Assembly (NCBI GenBank): GCA_043819795.1
Contig: JBDREN010000084.1
Span: 1 to 10,698 of the forward strand
Direction of reading: 5' to 3'
Source: Elusimicrobiota bacterium
GTDB lineage: Bacteria > Elusimicrobiota > Elusimicrobia > UBA1565
Length of the DNA: 10,698 bases
The translations under genes and the position numbers were made by a program. The notes beneath the pieces are model-generated. The model did not search any database, was not told where the DNA came from, and worked only from the letters and a program-made list of their open reading frames with translations. Positions within the stretch are counted from its first letter, which is position 1. Each line of letters begins with the position of its first letter. This document shows positions 6,805 through 10,698 of the stretch, one piece after another.

Positions 6805-7221
6805 ATGAAAACCTTCATCATAGTCGGCTTGTTCGCGGTTTTTTCCGGCTGTTCCTCTTTCAAGGGGAATCCTTCGCAAAACACAACGAAGATGACCTGC
6901 CTGAACGAATCGTATGGATCTCCTAAAGATGTCCAGGTCAAAGTAGGTGATACCTTCTGTTTGCTCTATGGCCGGCATCCATCGGTAGGCTCCGATGTCG
7001 ATTTCTTATCAGCCGACGATGGCGGCGTCGTCAGATTCCGCGGTGAGAGAAGCGAATATCAGAATCCTAAGAGAGCTAATATGCCCGGCGGCGATGGCCA
7101 ATCGGTTCGGTTTGTTTTTGAAGCCATGAAACCGGGCCAGGTGACACTGACCTTTCAGCTTATGTTCAGGGGAGATGTGAAAGATACCCCGGTCCATAAG
7201 ATCACGGTAGAGCCCAAATAG
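6805..7221 (+). CDS. Lipoprotein with chagasin-like / protease inhibitor I42-like Ig-fold domain, 138 aa
   Basis: MKTFIIVGLFAVFSG|C signal. VQVKVGDTF, HPSVG (cf. NPTTGY loop), MPGGDG (cf. GxGG loop), FVFEAMKPGQVTLTF and terminal ITV strand. Visibly AT-richer than the operon. Confidence 0.78.
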   Translation: MKTFIIVGLFAVFSGCSSFKGNPSQNTTKMTCLNESYGSPKDVQVKVGDTFCLLYGRHPSVGSDVDFLSADDGGVVRFRGERSEYQNPKRANMPGGDGQSVRFVFEAMKPGQVTLTFQLMFRGDVKDTPVHKITVEPK

Positions 7222-7299
7222 AGCCTATTCATGGTCCTTGCCATGAGACGGGCGCGGTTGCCGCGTGCATGTCCGCCGCAGGTCGGATGATTCCTCGTT

Positions 7300-7521
7300 T
7301 TATTCGAAGAAAAAAATAACGCCGATTGCGGCCAGCAGTGCCCCTGCCCAGGAAATTACGGTGAAGAGGTAGGAGGCGATGCCCCGGGCCGTTACGAACG
7401 TGGCGGGCATGAAAGTCGCCTCTGGCGAGGAGAATTTTCTGGCGAAATGCCTGCCCCCGAAAAAGAGGCCGGCTCCTACCGCGACCATGACAATTGGAGC
7501 GGCGAGCTGTCGGGCGGTCAT
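7300..7521 (-). CDS. Small two-TM membrane protein, 73 aa
   Basis: GGGAG shortly upstream of ATG 7521. Two hydrophobic segments, LAAPIVMVAVGAGLFFGG and IASYLFTVISWAGALLAAIGVIFFF. Confidence 0.6.
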   Translation of the reverse strand: MTARQLAAPIVMVAVGAGLFFGGRHFARKFSSPEATFMPATFVTARGIASYLFTVISWAGALLAAIGVIFFFE

Positions 7522-7542
7522 TTATCATCTCCCAAAAAGTAT

Positions 7543-7612
7543 TTCCGCCTGCCCCATCGGCGTTTTGTGACTCCGCGTTTTGTATTATAGCCACTTCGGA
7601 TCCCTTTAGGGG
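7543..7612. repeat. Intergenic repeat, copy B (contains -10-like hexamers on both strands)
   Basis: Similar to 6646-6716. TATTAT on + (7583-7588), TATAAT on - (7584-7589), TCCCTTTAGGGG at 7601-7612. Lies between divergent genes. Confidence 0.75.
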
Positions 7613-7623
7613 GCGGGAGCGTT

Positions 7624-8085
7624 GTGAGCACAGAGCTGATCGTATTGGTCGCAGCCCTCGCCCACACAGCGTGCGTGCCGTATCTAAACCGACGCTGCTA
7701 CGCGCCGGAGGTTGCCGGTGCTATCATCCGCAACGGTGTGCCCGCATCCAACGCCGAAGTGCTCCTGACCACCAATTTCTCCAAGGTTACTGCAACAGCC
7801 AGGACGGATGCTGATGGGCGGTTCAAACTCGGCCCGTTATCAGAGATGCATTTTACGAAGACCGTGCTGGGCGACCCTCTCTATGACTACGTTATAATAA
7901 TCAAAGTCGCAGGAGGAGAGGAGTACCGCGGCTTGACGGTCCACGGAATGGGGAATGCTCCGCAAGAGCTTTCGGTGACTTGCGACCTGAGCCAGCCGAT
8001 CGGAAAGGGCAAGTCGCTCAGCTACTGCTCTCAAAACACGTCGCTCCAGCCGGCCGGTCCCGCCGCCGGCCGGCCCGGCCGTTGA
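7624..8085 (+). CDS. Putative lipoprotein with carboxypeptidase-regulatory/prealbumin-like beta-sandwich; probable gene-cassette ORF, 153 aa
   Basis: Hydrophobic N-terminus ending ALAHTA|C (non-canonical lipobox). Motifs GAIIRNGVPASNAEV and ARTDADGRFKL. The C-terminal NTSLQPAG... reads through an attC-like site. Confidence 0.7.
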   Translation: MSTELIVLVAALAHTACVPYLNRRCYAPEVAGAIIRNGVPASNAEVLLTTNFSKVTATARTDADGRFKLGPLSEMHFTKTVLGDPLYDYVIIIKVAGGEEYRGLTVHGMGNAPQELSVTCDLSQPIGKGKSLSYCSQNTSLQPAGPAAGRPGR

Positions 8086-8095
8086 GCGCGGCTCA
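8030..8095 (+). mobile_element. Degenerate, truncated integron attC-like recombination site
   Basis: CTCAAAAC (R''-like), then ACGT, then CGCTCCAGCCGGCCGG ... CCGGCCGTTGAGCG. The arms pair 8042-8057 with 8075-8088, with two unpaired Cs (8047, 8051) and one G.T. The expected R' GTT near 8095 is missing. Confidence 0.6.
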
Positions 8096-8212
8096 CTTCC
8101 CAGGTTCTTTTGCCAGCTCCCGGGACAGCTGCTGCCCTTCTTCAATCTGTGCTGGGGTCATATTCTTCATGCAATCTGCTCGGAGCTCCGGCGCTTTCTT
8201 GTCCTGTCCACT
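8093..8212 (-). pseudogene. 3' remnant of a Sel1-like repeat protein
   Basis: SGQDKKAPELRADCMKNMTPAQIEEGQQLSRELAKEPGK* matches the common C-terminal cap of Sel1-repeat proteins (A...R......MTPAQI.EAQ.L.RE). Preceded by an in-frame TAG (8213-8215). Confidence 0.7.
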
Positions 8213-8238
8213 CTAAAATGCGACATCTGAAGGCCCTG

Positions 8239-8643
8239 GGCGGCCAGCTCCGCGTAGGTGGGATTGAGCTCCGGGTCGTAGAAGCAGGCTTTGGTCACCC
8301 CGCTCTTGAGGTTGTTCGGGACCAGCACGCGCGGAACGCAGCCGAAATACTGGAAGGCCCGGACGTGGGAGGCGATCCAGTTCGGCAGCTCCTGGGTGAG
8401 GCTGGCCTCGGCGTAGGTGTAGTTCGAGGCGCCCCAGGTGGCGACAAAGATCTGCGTCGGGATCAACTCGCCGGTCTTGGGGTCGGTGATAGAGAGCCCG
8501 TCGGCGTAGTCCACGAAGAGCTTCTCGCCGCCGCGGTGCTCCTGGCGCATCACGTAGTCGAGCTTACCCAGCCAGCGGCGGTAGTGCTCGCAGAACTGGG
8601 TGTACTGGTAGCCGTCCGGGTGGCGCTCCTTGTACTTGTACTC
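8239..8643 (-). pseudogene. istA: Internal fragment of IS21-family transposase
   Basis: EYKYKERHPDGYQYTQFCEHYRRWLGKLDYVMRQEHRGGEKLFVDYA...IFVATWGASNYTYAEA...HVRAFQYFGCVPRVLVPNNLKSGVTKACFYDPELNPTYAELAA. Lacks the N-terminus, C-terminus, istB and terminal repeats. Confidence 0.93.
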
Positions 8644-8648
8644 TGGGG

Positions 8649-9710
8649 CTACCCTCCCACTTGCGGCAGAACATGTTTTCCGAGGATCATCTCCGCCGTC
8701 TCGAGTTCGCGCGGCCCGCCCTCGTTCAAAAGCTCGGCGTAGACCAAAAGCGGCGTCGCCAGGGGCGCCTCCTTTGGCTTGGGCTCTTCGACTGCGGTCG
8801 GGGCGAACAGCCTCAGGAGGGTCACGTTGCCGTTGCGGTCCAGCAGCATGGGCTCTTCCCTTAGGTTCTGCTCGGCCAGTTCGTCCACGAACGCCGTCAC
8901 CGTGTTCGGCTCAAGGTGACGGGTCATTTCCCGGGCGGCCATGCCCCCGGTCAGCCCCCACCGGACCGGGGGCTGGGCGGCGGCCGTGCGCTTCTTGAAT
9001 GCCTCCAGGATCGCGGCGGCATTGTTCGCCCGATGGCGGTAGCGGCCGATGAGGCACGCGGGGCGCAGCTTGAGCGCGTAGCCGCGTACAAATGTTTCTA
9101 TGCAGGCCTTCGCGTCCCCCAACCGCCGTTCGCGGCCCTTGCCGGGCAGAAGGTAGCGTGCCGCCATGAGCTCGCGGACCACGATGTGCGCGGTGCCCAA
9201 GGCCACGTTGGCTCGCTCGGCGATGGTCCTGAGGGGCTGCCTGAGGGCCTTGGGGTCGGTCAGCAGCAGATGAAAGACCTTGAGGCCGGCCGGGTCCACG
9301 ATCCTTCCGGGCTCCGGCCCCGGTCGCTGGTCGGGCTTCTTGCCGCGTATGTCGATCCCGAGCGCCGGAGGCTTCCAGAGATAGGCATTGCCCACGGTGT
9401 CGATGAAGAAGACCCCCTCCTTCCGGAGCTCCTCGGCCACCGTTTCCGGGATCCATTTCGCGACGATGAACGTCTGGGTGTCCTTCCCTCCGCGTCCCCG
9501 TGCCTGGATGACAGCATGGCGAGCCTGGGCCCGCGTGGCCAAGTTCGCCTTGCACTCCGCAGCAAGCTTCAAGGCTGGAAGGGTCAGGACAAAGCCGGGC
9601 TGATGCGGGCCTTGGGGCCGCTGGCAGGCGACCTTCGTTCCTTTTAGATACCGCCGGAGATGCTCCAGGCAGGGCCCGAAGATTTTGTTCTCATCTTTGC
9701 CAATGTTCAT
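8649..9710 (-). CDS. Type IV toxin-antitoxin AbiEi-family antitoxin / transcriptional regulator (AbiEi_2/DUF2186-like), 353 aa
   Basis: Motifs AEELRKEGVFFIDTVGNAYL, GLKVFHLLL, HTH LRTIAERANVALGTAHIVVREL, WGLTGGMAA, GNVTL and PLLVYAELL..GGPRELETAEMI. Confidence 0.88.
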   Translation of the reverse strand: MNIGKDENKIFGPCLEHLRRYLKGTKVACQRPQGPHQPGFVLTLPALKLAAECKANLATRAQARHAVIQARGRGGKDTQTFIVAKWIPETVAEELRKEGVFFIDTVGNAYLWKPPALGIDIRGKKPDQRPGPEPGRIVDPAGLKVFHLLLTDPKALRQPLRTIAERANVALGTAHIVVRELMAARYLLPGKGRERRLGDAKACIETFVRGYALKLRPACLIGRYRHRANNAAAILEAFKKRTAAAQPPVRWGLTGGMAAREMTRHLEPNTVTAFVDELAEQNLREEPMLLDRNGNVTLLRLFAPTAVEEPKPKEAPLATPLLVYAELLNEGGPRELETAEMILGKHVLPQVGG

Positions 9711-9724
9711 TGTTAATGAACATT
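9702..9724. promoter_or_regulatory. 23-bp inverted repeat over the antitoxin start codon and -10 (probable autoregulatory operator)
   Basis: AATGTTCATT-GTT-AATGAACATT, with perfect 10-bp arms. Confidence 0.75.
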
Positions 9725-9749
9725 ATAGACTGATGAACGGAAATTTCAA
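9722..9749 (-). promoter_or_regulatory. Sigma70-type promoter for the antitoxin gene
   Basis: Minus strand TTGAAA (9749-9744), 16 nt, TATAAT (9727-9722). The start codon follows 11 nt after the -10. Confidence 0.7.
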
Positions 9750-9767
9750 GGGCTAGCGAAAAAGACC

Positions 9768-9796
9768 TTTACAAACGTGCAGTTCCACTGTATAAT
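9768..9796 (+). promoter_or_regulatory. Sigma70-type promoter for the MerR-like gene (probably leaderless transcript)
   Basis: TTTACA (9768-9773), 17 nt, TATAAT (9791-9796). GTG 9803 lies at the expected +1 and there is no Shine-Dalgarno sequence. Confidence 0.8.
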
Positions 9797-9802
9797 ACAT
9801 TA

Positions 9803-10507
9803 GTGGTGCACAATACTGCCGCCGAGCGCCCCATCAAGACATTCGAGGAACTCTACTCCCCGGAGCTGTTCCCCCTCTTCGAGGTGCCCTGCCTCATGGA
9901 GACCCGGGAGTTCCTCAAGCAGTTCCACCAGGTCCACAAGCAGCGCGTCTCGCGGCGCACGCTCCAGCTCTATAGCTCGCCCCAGCTCAAGCTTCTCCCC
10001 CTCCCGATCCACCGCGGCGGGCACAAGTCCTACTACCTGAACCCGGAGCACACCAACCGCCTGGCCGTCATCCTCTACCTCCAGACCAAGCTCTACTTCC
10101 CCCTCAAGGCCATCCAGAAAGTGGTCAGGAACTTCCCGGAGGAGCACTACCGGCTCATCCTCAACGGCACCCTGAGCGGCGAGGAGATCCTGGATTTCGC
10201 CCTGCTCATCAGCAAGGGCTACGACCTCCGGGACATCATCTACCGCAAGGTCTGCCACACCTTGGAGGCCATTGATGATCCCTACTGGAAGGCGGTCGAG
10301 AAGCACGGCAAGCATGACGATGAGGCGCACTACCGCTTCATCGCGCGCGCCCTAATGAAGGAGTTGGACCAGATGAAATCCTGGCTCCGGGGCGGCCGGT
10401 ACCGGAAGATCGAGCTCGAACAGGTCGGCCGGACCAAGGAGGAATGGCAACTCATCCAAGCCCTGGCGGACATCAACCGGAAGAAGAAGGGGAGCGCGGG
10501 CGGGTGA
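9803..10507 (+). CDS. MerR-type helix-turn-helix DNA-binding protein with unrecognised helical C-terminal domain, 234 aa
   Basis: VSRRTLQLYSSPQLKLLPLPIHRGGHKSYYLNPEHTNRLAVILYLQTKLYFPLKAIQKVV fits the MerR pattern VS.RTLRYY...GLLP.P.R.GG.R.Y...H..RL..I..L....G.PL..I. Strong C/G third-position bias. Confidence 0.8.
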   Translation: MVHNTAAERPIKTFEELYSPELFPLFEVPCLMETREFLKQFHQVHKQRVSRRTLQLYSSPQLKLLPLPIHRGGHKSYYLNPEHTNRLAVILYLQTKLYFPLKAIQKVVRNFPEEHYRLILNGTLSGEEILDFALLISKGYDLRDIIYRKVCHTLEAIDDPYWKAVEKHGKHDDEAHYRFIARALMKELDQMKSWLRGGRYRKIELEQVGRTKEEWQLIQALADINRKKKGSAGG

Positions 10508-10522
10508 CTTTTTTTCGGCTAC

Positions 10523-10636
10523 ATGGTGCAGTTGTGGTGCATATTGATGGTGCGAAAAGTGGTGTAAACGGGCCCGAAACGTGGTGCATTCAGTGGTGTA
10601 GCCAGCGAAGGGGATGACTATGAGTGATGTGGTGCC
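10523..10636 (+). repeat. Array of seven 8-bp direct repeats, consensus RTGGTGYA
   Basis: ATGGTGCA 10523, GTGGTGCA 10534, ATGGTGCG 10547, GTGGTGTA 10559, GTGGTGCA 10581, GTGGTGTA 10593, GTGGTGCC 10629. Start-to-start spacings are 11, 13, 12, 22, 12 and 36. Confidence 0.92.
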
Positions 10637-10698
10637 GCATTCTTGAAAAAACGCCGCCCCCGGTTGCACTTTCGCCCCGCTTCTCACCGGGGGGAGGG

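Noticed and set aside
8110..8742. 210-aa + strand ORF
   Set aside because: Antisense shadow of the istA fragment.
9800..10330. 176-aa minus strand ORF
   Set aside because: Antisense shadow of the MerR-like gene, produced by its codon bias.
10495..10515. T-run after the MerR-like stop as an intrinsic terminator
   Set aside because: No convincing stem precedes the T-run.
10523..10636. Repeat array as CRISPR
   Set aside because: The units are 8 bp with 3-28-nt gaps, far from CRISPR repeat/spacer dimensions, and no cas genes are present.

Overview
A mosaic accessory region from a GC-rich bacterium, in three parts. (1) 556-5728: a tightly coupled five-gene + strand operon in which every product has a predicted export signal: a Cys-motif/Pro-rich/coiled-coil protein, a TPR protein, a PDZ-PDZ-beta-helix protein, a lipoprotein and a FecR-domain protein. 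Upstream are the tail of a probable transposase and a YhcG/DUF1016 remnant. Directly downstream is a diverged second copy of the operon's own gene2/gene3 junction. (2) 5822-8643: small, mostly exported proteins (ankyrin lipoprotein, chagasin/I42-like lipoprotein, small membrane protein, and a lipoprotein-like gene that looks like a lone integron cassette with a truncated attC), mixed with gene remnants (DUF6448-like, Sel1-like, IS21 istA) and a recurring ~70-bp intergenic motif. (3) 8649-10698: an orphan type IV TA antitoxin (AbiEi family) with a 23-bp inverted repeat over its start, divergent from a probably leaderless MerR-type HTH gene. That gene is followed by seven roughly phased RTGGTGYA direct repeats, and an eighth copy overlaps its own start codon. 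All family assignments are by-eye motif recognition; no searches were run.
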